From NCBI RefSeq assembly GCF_009914755.1, contig NC_060933.1: a stretch of DNA of 64,000 nt; one strand, 5' to 3'. The stretch's first letter is position 1; every line of letters begins with the position of its first letter. Source of the stretch: the human T2T-CHM13v2.0 reference genome, Homo sapiens. Below are positions 13,840 to 28,700 of this stretch, piece by piece. A program made the position numbers and the translations under genes. The notes under the pieces are model-generated. The model saw nothing but the letters and a program-made list of their open reading frames with translations. It was not told the origin of the DNA and did not search any database.

Positions 13840-16800
13840 TTGTACTCGGGTTGATTCAATTCCATTGCATTCAATTCCATTCCATTCCATTCCATTCCGT
13901 TCCATTCCGTTCCATTCCATTCCATTCCATTGTATTCGAATTCATTCCATTCCATTCCATTCCATTCCATTCTATTCCATTCCATTGCAATCGAGTTGAA
14001 TCCATTGCATTTCATTCCATTCCATTCCATTCCATTCCATTCCGGAAGATTCCATTCCATTGCATTCCATTCCATTCCATTCCATTCCGGAAGATTCCAT
14101 TCCATTGCATTCCATTCCATTCCATTCCCCTGCACTCGCGTTGATTCCATTCCATTCCATTCCATTCCATTCCATTCCATTCCGTTCCGTTCCATTCCAT
14201 TCCATTCCATTCCATTCCATTCCATTCCGTTCCGTTCCATTCCATTCCATTCCATTCTATTCGGGTTAATTCCATTCCATTCCATTCGATTGCAATCGAG
14301 TTGATTCCATTCCATTCCATTCCATTCCATTCCATTCCTTTCCATTCCATTACGGATGATTCCATTCCGTTGCATTGCATTCCATTCCATTCCCCTGTAC
14401 TCGGGTTGATTCCATTCCATTCCATTCCAAGCCATGCCATTCCACTCGTGTTGATTCCATTCTTTCCATTCCATTCAAGTTGAATCCATTCCATTGCATT
14501 CCATTCCATTCGATTCCATTCGGTTGCACTCGGGTTGATTCCATTCCATTGCATTCCATTCCATTCCATTCCATTCCATTCCATTCCATTCCGTTCCATT
14601 CCATTCCATTACATTCGGATTGATTCTATTCAATTCCCTTACACTCCATTACATTCCATTCCATTCGGGTAGTTTCCACTCCATTCCATTCCATTCCTCT
14701 CCATTCCATTGCACTCGGGTTGATTCCATTCCATTGCATTCCATTCCATTCCATTCAATTCCATTCCCTTCCTTTCCATTCCATTACATTCGGATTGATT
14801 CTATTCAACTCCCTTACTCTCCATTACATTCCATTCCATTCGGGTTGTTCCATTCCATTCCATTCCATTCCACTCCATTCCATTGCACTCGGGTTGATTC
14901 CATTCCATTCCATTCCATTCCATTCCATTCCATTCCATTCCAATCGAGTTGATTCCATTCCATTCCATTCCATTCCAGTCCTTTCCATTCCATTCCACTC
15001 GGGTTGATTCCATTCTATTAGTTTCCATTCCATTCCATTCCCTTCCATTCCACTCTGGTTGATTCCATTCCTTTCCATTCCACTCGAATACATTCCCTCC
15101 TATTCCACTCGGAACGATTCCATTCCATTCCATTCCATTCCATTCCATTCCATTCCATTCCATTCCATTCCATTTCGTTCCATTCCATTCTATTCCGTTT
15201 CATTCCATTCCATTCCATTCCATTCCATTCCATTCTATTCCATTCCATTGTACTCGGGTTGATTCCATTCCACTGCATTCCATTCCATTCCAGTCCATTC
15301 CATTCCATTCCATTCCATTCCATTCCGTTCCATTCCAATCCATTCCATTCCATTGTACTCGGGTTGATTCCATTCCATTGCGTTCCATTCCATTCCATTC
15401 AATTCCATTCTGTTCCATTCCATTACATTACATTCGGATTGATTCTTTTCAACTCCCTTACTCTCCATTACATTCCATTCCATTCGGATTGTTCCATTCC
15501 ATTCCATTCCATTCCACTCCTTTCAATTGCACTCGGGTTGATTCCATTCCATTCCATTCCATTCCTTTCCGGATGATTCCATTCCATTGCATTCCGTTCC
15601 ATTACATTCCCCTGCACTCGGGTTGATTCCATTCCATTCCATTCCATTCCATTCGATTCCATTCGATTCCATTCCATTCCCCTGCACTCGCGTTGATTCC
15701 ATTCCATTCCATTCCATTCCATTCCATTCCTTTCCATTCCAGTCCTTTCCATTCCATTCCACTCGGGTTGATTCCATTCTATTAGTTTCCATTCCATTCC
15801 ATTCCCTTCCATTCCACTCTGGTTGATTCCATTCCTTTCCATTCCACTCGAATACATTCCCTCCTATTCCACTCAGAACGATTCCATTCCATTCCATTCC
15901 ATTCCATTCCATTCCATTCCATTCCATTCCATTTCATTCCATTCCATTCTATTCCGTATCATTCCATTCCATTCCATTCCATTCCATTCCATTCCACTCG
16001 TGTTGATTTCATTCCTTTCCATTCCATTCGGTTTGAAGGCATTCCATTCCATTCCACTCCATTCCATTCCATTCCATTCCATTCCATTGTACTCGGGTTG
16101 ATTCCATTCCATTGCATTCCATTCCATTCCATTCCATTCCATTCCATTCCGTTGCATTCCATTCCATTACATTCGGATAGATTCTATTCAACTCCCTTAC
16201 TCTCCATTACATTCCATTCCATTCGGGTTGTTCCATTCCATTCCATTCCATTCCACTCCATTCAATTGCACTCGGGTTGATTCCATTCCATTCCATTCCA
16301 TTGCATTCCATTCCATTCCATTCCGGATGATTCCATTCCATTGCATTCCTTTCCATTCCATTCCCCTGCACTCGGGTTGATTCCATTCCATTCCATTCCA
16401 TTACATTCCGTTCCATTCCATTCCATTCCATTCCATTTCGTTCCATTCCATTCTATTCCGTATCATTCCATTCCATTCCATTCCATTCCATTCCATTCCA
16501 TTGTACTCGGGTTGATTCAATTCCATTGCATTCAATTCCATTCCATTCCATTCCATTCCGTTCCATTCCGTTCCATTCCATTCCATTCCATTGTATTCGA
16601 ATTCATTCCATTCCATTCCATTCCATTCTATTCCATTCCATTGCAATCGAGTTGAATCCATTGCATTTCATTCCATTCCATTCCATTCCATTCCATTCCG
16701 GAAGATTCCATTCCATTGCATTCCATTCCATTCCATTCCCCTGCACTTGCGTTGATTCCATTCCATTCCATTCCATTCCATTCCATTCCATTCCATTCCG

Positions 16801-19800
16801 TTCCGTTCCATTCCATTCCATTCCATTCCATTCCATTCCATTCCATTCCGTTCCGCTCCATTCCATTCCATTCCATTCTATTCGGGTTAATTCCATTCCA
16901 TTCCATTCGATTGCAATCGAGTTGATTCCATTCCATTCCATTCCATTCCATTCCATTCCTTTCCATTCCATTACGGATGATTCCATTCCGTTGCATTCCA
17001 TTCCATTCCATTCCCCTGTACTCGGGTTGATTCCATTCCATTCCATTCCAAGCCATGCCATTCCACTCGTGTTGATTCCATTCTTTCCATTCCATTCAAG
17101 TTGAATCCATTCCATTGCATTCCATTCCATTCGATTCCATTCGATTGCACTCGGGTTGATTCCATTCCATTGCATTCCATTCCATTCCATTCCATTCCAT
17201 TCCATTCCATTCCGTTCCATTCCATTCCATTACATTCGGATTGATTCTATTCAATTCCCTTACACTCCATTACATTCCATTCCATTCGGGTAGTTTCCAC
17301 TCCATTCCATTCCATTCCTCTCCATTCCATTGCACTCGGGTTGATTCCATTCCATTGCATTCCATTCCATTCCATTCAATTCCATTCCCTTCCTTTCCAT
17401 TCCATTACATTCGGATTGATTCTATTCAACTCCCTTACTCTCCATTACATTCCATTCCATTCGGGTTGTTCCATTCCATTCCATTCCATTCCACTCCATT
17501 CCATTGCACTCGGGTTGATTCCATTCCATTCCATTCCATTCCATTCCATTCCATTCCATTCCAATCGAGTTGATTCCATTCCATTCCATTCCATTCCAGT
17601 CCTTTCCATTACATTCCACTCGGGTTGATTCCATTCTATTAGTTTCCATTCCATTCCATTCCCTTCCATTCCACTCTGGTTGATTCCATTCCTTTCCATT
17701 CCACTCGAATACATTCCCTCCTATTCCACTCGGAACGATTCCATTCCATTCCATTCCATTCCATTCCATTCCATTCCATTCCATTCCATTCCATTTCGTT
17801 CCATTCCATTCTATTCCGTATCATTCCATTCCATTCCATTCCATTCCATTCCATTCCATTCTATTCCATTCCATTGTACTCGGGTTGATTCCATTCCATT
17901 GCGTTCCATTCCATTCCATTCAATTCCATTCTGTTCCATTCCATTACATTACATTCGGATTGATTCTTTTCAACTCCCTTACTCTCCATTACATTCCATT
18001 CCATTCGGATTGTTCCATTCCATTCCATTCCATTCCACTCCTTTCAATTGCACTCGGGTTGATTCCATTCCATTCCATTCCATTCCTTTCCGGATGATTC
18101 CATTCCATTGCATTCCGTTCCATTACATTCCCCTGCACTCGGGTTGATTCCATTCCATTCCATTCCATTCCATTCGATTCCATTCGATTCCATTCCATTC
18201 CCCTGCACTCGCGTTGATTCCATTCCATTCCATTCCATTCCATTCCATTCCTTTCCATTCCAGTCCTTTCCATTCCATTCCACTCGGGTTGATTCCATTC
18301 TATTAGTTTCCATTCCATTCCATTCCCTTCCATTCCACTCTGGTTGATTCCATTCCTTTCCATTCCACTCGAATACATTCCCTCCTATTCCACTCAGAAC
18401 GATTCCATTCCATTCCATTCCATTCCATTCCATTCCATTCCATTTCGTTCCATTCCATTCTATTCCGTATCATTCCATTCCATTCCATTCCATTCCATTC
18501 CATTCCACTCGTGTTGATTTCATTCCTTTCCATTCCATTCGGTTTGAAGGCATTCCATTCCATTCCACTCCATTCCATTCCATTCCATTCCATTCCATTA
18601 TACTCGGGTTGATTCCATTCCATTGCATTCCATTCCATTCCATTCCATTCCATTCCGTTGCATTCCATTCCATTACATTCGGATAGATTCTATTCAACTC
18701 CCTTACTCTCCATTACATTCCATTCCATTCGGGTTGTTCCATTCCATTCCATTCCATTCCACTCCTTTCAATTGCACTCGGGTTGATTCCATTCCATTCC
18801 ATTCCATTGCATTCCACTCCATTCCATTCCGGATGATTCCATTCCATTGCATTCCTTTCCATTCCATTCCCCTGCACTCGGGTTGATTCCATTCCATTCC
18901 ATTCCATTACATTCCGTTCCATTCCATTCCATTCCATTCCATTTCGTTCCATTCCATTCTATTCCGTATCATTCCATTCCATTCCATTCCATTCCATTCC
19001 ATTCCATTCCATTCCATTCCATTGTACTCGGGTTGATTCAATTCCATTGCATTCAATTCCATTCCATTCCATTCCATTCCGTTCCATTCCGTTCCATTCC
19101 ATTCCATTCCATTGTATTCGAATTCATTCCATTCCATTCCTTTCCATTCTATTCCATTCCATTGCAATCGAGTTGAATCCATTGCATTTCATTCCATTCC
19201 ATTCCATTCCATTCCATTCCGGAAGATTCCATTCCATTGCATTCCATTCCATTCCATTCCCCTGCACTCGCGTTGATTCCATTCCATTCCATTCCATTCC
19301 ATTCCATTCCATTCCGTTCCGTTCCATTCCATTCCATTCCATTCCATTCCATTCCATTCCGTTCCGTTCCATTCCATTCCATTCCATTCTATTCGGGTTA
19401 ATTCCATTCCATTCCATTCGATTGCAATCGAGTTGATTCCATTCCATTCCATTCCATTCCATTCCATTCCTTTCCATTCCATTACGGATGATTCCATTCC
19501 GTTGCATTCCATTCCATTCCATTCCCCTGTACTCGGGTTGATTCCATTCCATTCCATTCCAAGCCATGCCATTCCACTCGTGTTGATTCCATTCTTTCCA
19601 TTCCATTCAAGTTGAATCCATTCCATTGCATTCCATTCCATTCGATTCCATTCGATTGCACTCGGGTTGATTCCATTCCATTGCATTCCATTCCATTCCA
19701 TTCCATTCCATTCCATTCCATTCCATTCCGTTCCATTCCATTCCATTACATTCGGATTGATTCTATTCAATTCCCTTACACTCCATTACATTCCATTCCA

Positions 19801-20300
19801 TTCGGGTAGTTTCCACTCCATTCCATTCCATTCCTCTCCATTTCATTGCACTCGGGTTGATTCCATTCCATTGCATTCCATTCCATTCCATTCAATTCCA
19901 TTCCCTTCCTTTCCATTCCATTACATTCTGATTGATTCTATTCAACTCCCTTACTCTCCATTACATTCCATTCCATTCGGGTTGTTCCATTCCATTCCAT
20001 TCCATTCCACTCCATTCCATTGCACTCGGGTTGATTCCATTCCATTCCATTCCATTCCATTCCATTCCATTCCATTCCATTACAATCGAGTTGATTCCAT
20101 TCCATTCCATTCCATTCCAGTCCTTTCCATTCCATTCCACTCGGGTTGATTCCATTCTATTAGTTTCCATTCCATTCCATTCCCTTCCATTCCACTCTGG
20201 TTGATTCCATTCCTTTCCATTCCACTCGAATACATTCCCTCCTATTCCACTTGGAACGATTCCATTCCATTCCATTCCATTCCATTCCATTCCATTCCAT
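13840..20300 (+). repeat. Tandem ~2.5-2.6 kb unit, about 2.5 copies
   Basis: TGTATTCGAATTC (EcoRI site at 13938/16599/19120), CCAAGCCATGCC at 14427/17048/19559, and CCACTCAGAACG at ~15869/~18390. Matching ORF translations occur at offsets 2621, 2521 and 2506. Confidence 0.88.
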
Positions 20301-23300
20301 TCCATTTCGTTCCATTCCATTCTATTCCGTATCATTCCATTCCATTCCATTCCACTCCATTCCATTCCATTCCATTCCATTGTACTCGGGTTGATTCCAT
20401 TCCATTGCATTCCATTCCATTCCATTCCATTCCGTTGCATTCCATTCCATTACATTCGGATTGATTCTATTCAACTCCCTTACTCTCCATTACATTCCAT
20501 TCCATTCGGGTTGTTCCATTCCATTCCATTGCATTCCACTCCATTCCATTGCACTCGGATTGATTCCATTCCATTCCATTCCATTCCATTCCATTCCATT
20601 CCATTCCATTGCGGATGATTCCATTCCATTGCATTCCTTTCCATTACATTCCCCTGCACTCGCGTTGATTCCATTCCATTCCATTCAATTCCATTCCATT
20701 ACAATTCGTTCCATTCCATTCTATTCCGTACCATTCCATTCCATTCCATACCATTCCATTCCATTCCATTCCATTCCGTTCCATTCCATTCCATTCCATT
20801 CCATTCTATTCAGATTAATTCCATTCCATTCCATTCCATTCCATTCTATTCCATTCCATTGCAATCGAGTTGATTCCATTCCATTCCATTCCATTCCATT
20901 CCATTCCATTCCATTCCGGAAGATTCCATTCCATTGCATTCCATTCCATTCCATTCTCCTGCACTCGCGTTGATTCCATTCCATTCCATTCCATTCCATT
21001 CCGTTCCGTTCCATTCCATTCCATTCCATTCCATTGCATTCCATTCCGTTCCGTTCCATTCCATTCCATTCCATTCTATTCGGGTTAATTCCATTCCATT
21101 CCATTCGATTGCAATCGAGTTGATTCCATTCCATTCTATTCCATTCCATTCCATTCCATTCCATTCCATTCCATTCCATTCCTTTCCATTCCATTACGGA
21201 TGATTCCATTCCATTGCATTCCATTCCATTCCATTCCCCTGTACTCGGGTTGATTCCATTCCATTCCATTCCAATCCATGCCATTCCACTCGTGTTGATT
21301 CCATTCTTTCCATTCCATTCAAGTTGAATCCATTCCATTGCATTCCATTCCATTCCATTCCCCTGCAGTCGGGTTGATTCCATTCCATTCCATTCCATTC
21401 CATTCCATTCCATTCCATTCCGTTCCGTTCCATTCCATTCCATTCCTTTCTATTCGGGTTAATTCCATTCCATTCCATTCCATTCCATTCCATTCCATTC
21501 CACTCCATTCCAGTCCTTTCCATTCCATTCCACTCGGGTTGATTCCAATGTATTCCTTTCCATTCCATTCCATTCCATTGCAATCGAGTTGATTCCATTG
21601 CTTTGCATTCCATTCCATTCCATTCCATTCCGGATGATTCCATTCCATTGCATTCCACTGCATTCCATTCCCCTGCACTCGGGTTGATTCCATTCCATTC
21701 CACTCCATTCCGTTCCATTCCATTCCATTGCATTGTATTCGGGTTAATTCCACTCTATTCCATTCCATTCCATTCCATTCCATTACAATCGTGTTGATTC
21801 CATTCCATTCCATTCCATTCCAGTCCTTTCCATTCAATTCCACTCGGGTTGATTCCATTCTATTAGTTTCCATTCCATTCCATTCCCTTCCATTCCACTC
21901 TGGTTGATTCCATTCCTTTCCATTCCACTCGAATACATTCCCTCCTATTCCACTCGGAACGATTCCATTCCATTCCATTCCATTCAATTCCATTCCATTC
22001 CATTCCATTCCATTGTACTCGGGTTGATTCCATTCCGTTGCATTCCATTCCATTCCATTCCATTCCATTCCGTTGCATTCCATTCCATTACATTTGGATT
22101 GATTCTATTCAACTCCCTTACTCTCCATTACATTCCATTCCATTCGGGTTGTTCCATTCCATTCCATTCCATTCCACTCCATTCCATTGCACTCGGGTTG
22201 ATTCCATTCCATTCCATTCCTTTCCATTCCATTCCATTCCGGATGAATCCATTCCATTGCATTCCGTTCCATTACATTCCCCTGCACTCTCGTTGATTCC
22301 ATTCCATTCCATTCCATTCCATTCAATTCCATTCTATTACAATTCGTTCCATTCCATTCTATTCCGTACCATTCCATTCCATTCCATACCAATCCATTAC
22401 ATTCCATTCCGTTCCATTCTGTTCCATTCCATTCCATTCCATTCTATTCGGATTAATTCCATTCCTTTCCATTCCATTCCATTCTATTCCATTCCATTGC
22501 AATCGAGTTGAATCCATTGCATTTCATTCCATTCCATTCCATTACATTCCATTCCGGAAGATTCCGCTCCATTGCATTCCATTGCATTCCATTCCCCTGC
22601 ACTCGCGTTGATTCCATTCCATTCCATTCCATTCCATTCCGTTCCGTTCCATTCCCTTCCATTCCATTCCATTCCATTCCCTTCCATTCCGTTCCATTGC
22701 ATTCCATTCCATTCTATTCGGGTTAATTCCATTCCATTCCATTCGATTGCAATCGAGTTGATTCCATTCCATTCCATTCCATTCCATTCCATTCCATTCC
22801 TTTCCATTCCATTACGGATGATTCCATTCCATTGTATTCCATTCCATTCCATTCCCCTGTACTCGGGTTGATTCCCTTCCATTCCATTCCAATCCATGCC
22901 TTTCCACTCCTGTTGATTCCATTCTTTCCATTCCATTCAAGTTGAATCCATTCCATTGCATTCCATTCAATTCGATTCCATTCGATTGCACTCGGGTTGA
23001 TTCCATTCCATTGCATTCCATTCCATTCCATTCCATTCCATTCCATTCCTTTCCATTCCATTCCATTACATTCGGATTGATTCTATTCAATTCCCTTACA
23101 CTCCATTACATTCCATTCCATTCGGGTAGATTCCATTCCATTCCATTCCATTCCTCTCCATTCCATTGCACTCGGGTTGATTCCATTTCATTGCATTCCA
23201 TTCCATTCCATTCAATTCCATTCCGTTCCATTCCATTCCATTACATTCGGATTGATTCTATTCAACTCCCTTACTCTCCATTCCATTCCATTCCATTCGG

Positions 23301-23849
23301 GTTGTTCCATTCCATTCCATTCCATTCCACTCCATTCCATTGCACTCGGGTTGATTCCATTCCATTCCATTCCATTCCATTCCGGAAGATTCCATTCCAT
23401 TACATTCCATTATATTCCATTCCCCTGCACTCGCGTTGATTCCATTCCATTCCATTCCATTCCATTCCATTCCATTCCATTCCTTTCCGTTCCATTCCAT
23501 TCCATTCCATTCCGTTCCGTTCCGTTCCGTTCCGTTCCATTCCATTCCATTCCATGCTATTCGGGTTAATTCCATGCCATTCCATTCAATTGCAATCGAG
23601 TTGATTCCATTCTATTCCATTCCATTCCATTCCTTTCCATTCCATTACGGATGATTCCATTCCACTGCATTCCATTCCATTCCATTCCCCTGTACTCGGG
23701 TTGATTCCATTCCATTCCATTCCAATCCATGCCATTCCACTCGTGTTGATTCCATTCTTTCCATTCCATTCAAGTTGAATCCATTCCATTGCATTCCATT
23801 CCATTCGATTCCATTCGATTGCACTCGGGTTGATTCCATTCCATTGCAT

Positions 23850-25750
23850 TGCATTCCATTCCATTTCATTCCATTCCATTCCTTTCCATTCCATTCCATT
23901 CCATTCCATTCCATTGCAATCGAGTTGATTCCATTCCATTCCTTTCCATTCCATTCCATTGCCTTGCATTCCACTTGGTTTGATTCCATTCCCTTCTTTC
24001 CACTCCATTACATTCCCTTCCATTCCACTCGGAATGATTGATTCCATTCCATTCCATTCCATTTCATTCTATTGCAATCCATTCCAATCCATTCCATTCC
24101 ATTCCATTCCACTCGAGTTGATTTCATTCGATTCCTTTCCATTCCATTCCATTCCTTTCCACTCGAGTTGATTCCATTCCATTCCATTCCATTACATTAC
24201 ATTCCATGCCATTCCACTCGGGTTGATTCCATTCCATTCCATTCCATTCCATTCCATTCCATTCCATTCCATTCCATTCCATTCCATTCCCCTGCACTCG
24301 GGTTGATTCCATTCCTTTCGATTCCATTTAATTCCATTCCATTCAATTCCATTCCATTCCATTCCATTCCAATCCGTTCCATTCCATTCCATTCTATTGC
24401 ATTGAAATCGACTTGATTCCATTGCATTCCATTCCATTCCATTGCAATCGACTTGATTCCATTCCATTCCATTCCATTCCATTCCATTCCATTCCATTTT
24501 GTTCCAATCCATTCTATTCCAAACCATTCCATTCCATTCCATTCCATTCCATTCCATTCCATTCCATGCCATTCCACTCGTGTTGATTCCATTCTTTCCA
24601 TTCCATTCAAGTTGAATCCATTCCACTCCATTCCATTCCATTCGAATCCATTCCATTGCACTCGGGTTTATTCCATTCCATTCCATTCCATTCGATTCCA
24701 TTCCATTCCATTCCATTCCGTTCGATTCCATTTCATTACATTCAGATTGATTCTATTCAATTCCCTTACACTCCATTATATTCCAATCCATTCTGGTTGT
24801 TTCCATTCCATTCCATTCCATTTCACTCCATTCCATTGCACTCGGTTTGATTCCATTCCATTCCATTCCATTCCATTCCGGATGATTCCATTCCATTGCA
24901 TTCCATTCCATTCCATTCCCCTGCACTCAGGTTGATTCCATTCCATTCCATTCCACTCCATTCGGTTCCGTTCCATTCCATTCTATTGCATTCCATTCTA
25001 TTCGGGTTAATTGCATTCCATTCTATTCCATTCCATTCCATTCCATTCCATTGCAATGGAGTTGATTCCATTCCATTCCATTCCATTCCGGATGATTCCA
25101 TTCCATTGCATTCGATTCCATTCCATTCCCCTGCACTCGTGTTGATTCCATTCCCTTCCATTCCATTCCATTCCGTTCCACTCCATTGCATTCCATTCTA
25201 TTCCGGTTAATTCCATTCCATTCCATTCCATTCCATTCCATTCCATTCCATTCCATTGCAATCGAGTTGATTGCATTCCATTCCTTTCCATTCCATTCCA
25301 TTGCCTTGCATTCCAATCGGGTTGATTCCATTCCCTTCTTTCCACTCCATTTCATTCCCTTCCATTCCACTCGGAATGATTGATTCCATTCCATTCCATT
25401 CCATTTCATTCCGTTGCAATCCATTCCAATCCATTCCATTCCATTCCATTCCACTCGAGTTGATTTCATTCCATTCCTTTCCATTCCATTCCATTCCTTT
25501 CCACTCGAGTTGATTCCATTCGATTCCATTCCATTCCATTGCATTACATTCCATGCCATTCCACTCGGGTTGATTCCATTCCTTTGCATTCCATTCCATT
25601 CCATTCCATTGCATTCCATTCCATTCCATTCCGTTGCATTCCATTCCATTACATTCGGATTGATTCTATTCAACTCCCTTACTCTCCATTACATTCCATT
25701 CCATTCGGGTTGTTCCATTCCATTCCATTCCATTCCACTGCATTCCATTG
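23850..25750 (+). repeat. Divergent sub-block with a rearranged dispersed paralogue at ~31735-34500
   Basis: The motif CCCTTCTTTCCACTCC...(G/A)GAATGATTGATTCC was seen only at 23991, 25333, 32132 and 32999. ORFs 24776/33740 and 24896/33860 match at offset 8964. Confidence 0.8.
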
Positions 25751-28700
25751 CACTCGGGTTGATTCCATTCCATTCCATTCCATTCCATTCCATTCCATTC
25801 CGGATGATTCCATTCCATTGCATTCCGTTCCATTACATTCCCCTGCACTCGCGTTGATTGCATTCCATTCCATTCCATTCCATTCAATTCCATTCCATTA
25901 CAATTCGTTCCATTCCATTCTCTTACGTACCATTCCATTCCATTCCATAGCATTCCATTCCATTCCATTCCATTCCATTCCATTCCATTCCGTTCCATTC
26001 CGTTCCATTCCATTCCATTCCATTCTATTCGGGTTAATTCCATTCCATTCCATTCCATTCCATTCTATTCCATTCCATTGCAATCGAGTTGAATCCATTG
26101 CATTTCATTCCATTCCATTCCATTCCATTCCATTCCATTCCATTCCGGAAGATTCCATTCCATTGCATTCCATTCCATTCCATTCCCCTGCACTCGGGTT
26201 GATTCCATTCCATTCCATTCCATTCCATTCCATTCCATTCCATTCCGTTCCATTCCATTCCATTCCATTCTATTCCGGTTAATTCCATTCCATTCCATTC
26301 GATTCCATTCCATTCCATTCCATTCCATTGCAATCGAGTTGATTCCATTCCATTCCATTCCATTCTATTCGGGTTAATTCCATTCCATTCCATTCCATTC
26401 CATTCCATTCCAATCGAGTTGATTCCATTCCATTCCATTCCATTCCATTCCACTCCATTCCAGTCCTTTCCATTCCATTACACTCGGGTTGATTCCATTC
26501 TATTCCTTTGCATTCCATTCCATTCCATTGTAATCGAGTTGATTCCATTGCTTTGCATTCCATTCCATTCCATTCCATTCTGGATGATTCCATTCCATTG
26601 CATTCCATTCCAATCCATTCCCCTGCACTCGGGTTGATTCCATTCCATTCCACTCCACTCCGTTCCATTCCATTCCATTCCATTGTATTCGGGTTAATTC
26701 CATTCCATTCCATTCCATTCCATTCCATTCCATTCCATTCCATTACAATCGAGTTGATTCCATTCCATTCCATTCCATTCCATTCCATTCCAGTCCTTTC
26801 CGTTCCATTCCACTCGGGTTGATTCCATTCTATTAGTTTCCATTCCATTCCATTCCCTTCCATTCCACTCTGGTTGATTCCATTCCTTTCCATTCCACTC
26901 GAATACATTCCCTCCTATTCCACTCGGAACGATTCCATTCCATTCCATTCCATTCCATTCCATTCCATTCCATTCCAGTTCGTTCCATTCCATTCTATTC
27001 CGTTCCATTCCATTCCATTCCATTCCATTCCATTCCATTCCACTCGTGTTGATTCCATTCTTTTCCATTCCATTCGGTTTGAAGGCTTTCCTTTCCATTC
27101 AATTCCATTCCATTCTATTCCATTCCATTCCATTCCATTCCATTCCATTCCATTCCATTGCATTCCATTGTACTCGAGTTGATTCCATTCCATTGCATTC
27201 CATTCCATTCCATTCCATTCCATTCCATTCCGTTGCATTCCATTCCATTACAATCGGATTGATTCTATTCAACTCCCTTACTCTCCATTACATTCCATTT
27301 CCTTCGGGTTGTTCCATTCCATTCCATTCCACTCCACTCCATTCCATTGCACTCGGGTTGATTCCATTCCATTCCATTCCATTCCATTCCATTCCGGATG
27401 ATTCCATTCTATTGCATTCCGTTCCATTACATTCCCCTGCACTCGCGTTGATTCCATTCCATTCCATTCCATTCCATTCAATTCCATTCCATTGCAATTC
27501 GTTCCATTCCATTCTATTCCGTACCATTCCATTCCATTCCATACCATTCCATTCCATTCCATTCCATTCCATTCCGTTGCATTCCGTTCCATTCAATTCC
27601 ATTCCATTCTACTCGGATTAATTCCATTCCATTCCATTCCATTCCATTCTATTCCATTCCATTGCAATCGAGTTGAATCCATTGCATTTCATTCCATTCC
27701 ATTCCATTCCATTCCGGAAGACTCCATTCCATTGCATTCCATTCCATTCCATTCCCCTGCACTCGCGTTGATTCCATTCCATTCCATTCCATTCCATTCC
27801 ATTCCATTCCATTCCATTCCGTTCCGTTCCGTTCCGTTCCGTTCCATTCCATTGCATTCCATTCCGTTCCGTTCCATTCCATTCCATTCCATTCTATTCG
27901 GCTTAATTCCATTCCATTCCATTCGATTGCAATCGAGTTGATTCCATTCCATTCCATTCCATTCCATTCCATTCCATTCCATTCCTTCTCATTCCATTAC
28001 GGATGATTCCATTCCATTGCATTCCATTCCATTCCATTCCTCTGTACTCGGATTGATTCCATTCCATTCCATTCCAATCCATGCCATTCCAATCGTGTTG
28101 ATTCCATTCTTTCCATTCCATTCAAGTTGAATCCATTCCATTGCATTCCATTCCATTCGATTAAATTCGATTGCACTCGGGTTGATTCCATTCCATTGCA
28201 TTCCATTCCATTCCATTCCATTCCATTCCATTCCATTCCATTGCGTTCCATTCCATTCCATTCCATTCGGATTGATTCTATTCAATTCCCTTACACTCCA
28301 TTACATTCCATTCCATTCGGGTAGTTTCCATTCCATTCCATTCCATTCCTCTCCATTCCATTGCACTCGGGTTGATTCCATTCCATTGCATTCCATTCCA
28401 TTCCATTCAATTCCATTCCGTTCCATTCCATTCCATTACATTCGGATTGATTCTATTCAACTCCCTTACTCTCCATTCCATTCCATTCCATTCGGGTTGT
28501 TCCATTCCATTCCATTCCATTCCACTCCATTCCATTGCACTCGGGTTGATTCCATTCCATTCCATTCCATTCCATTCCGGAAGATTCCATTCCATTGCAT
28601 TCCATTCCATTCCATTCCCCTACACTCGCGATGATTCCATTCCATTCCATTCTATTCCATTCCATTCCCTTCCTTTCCGTTCCATTCCATTCCATTCCAT

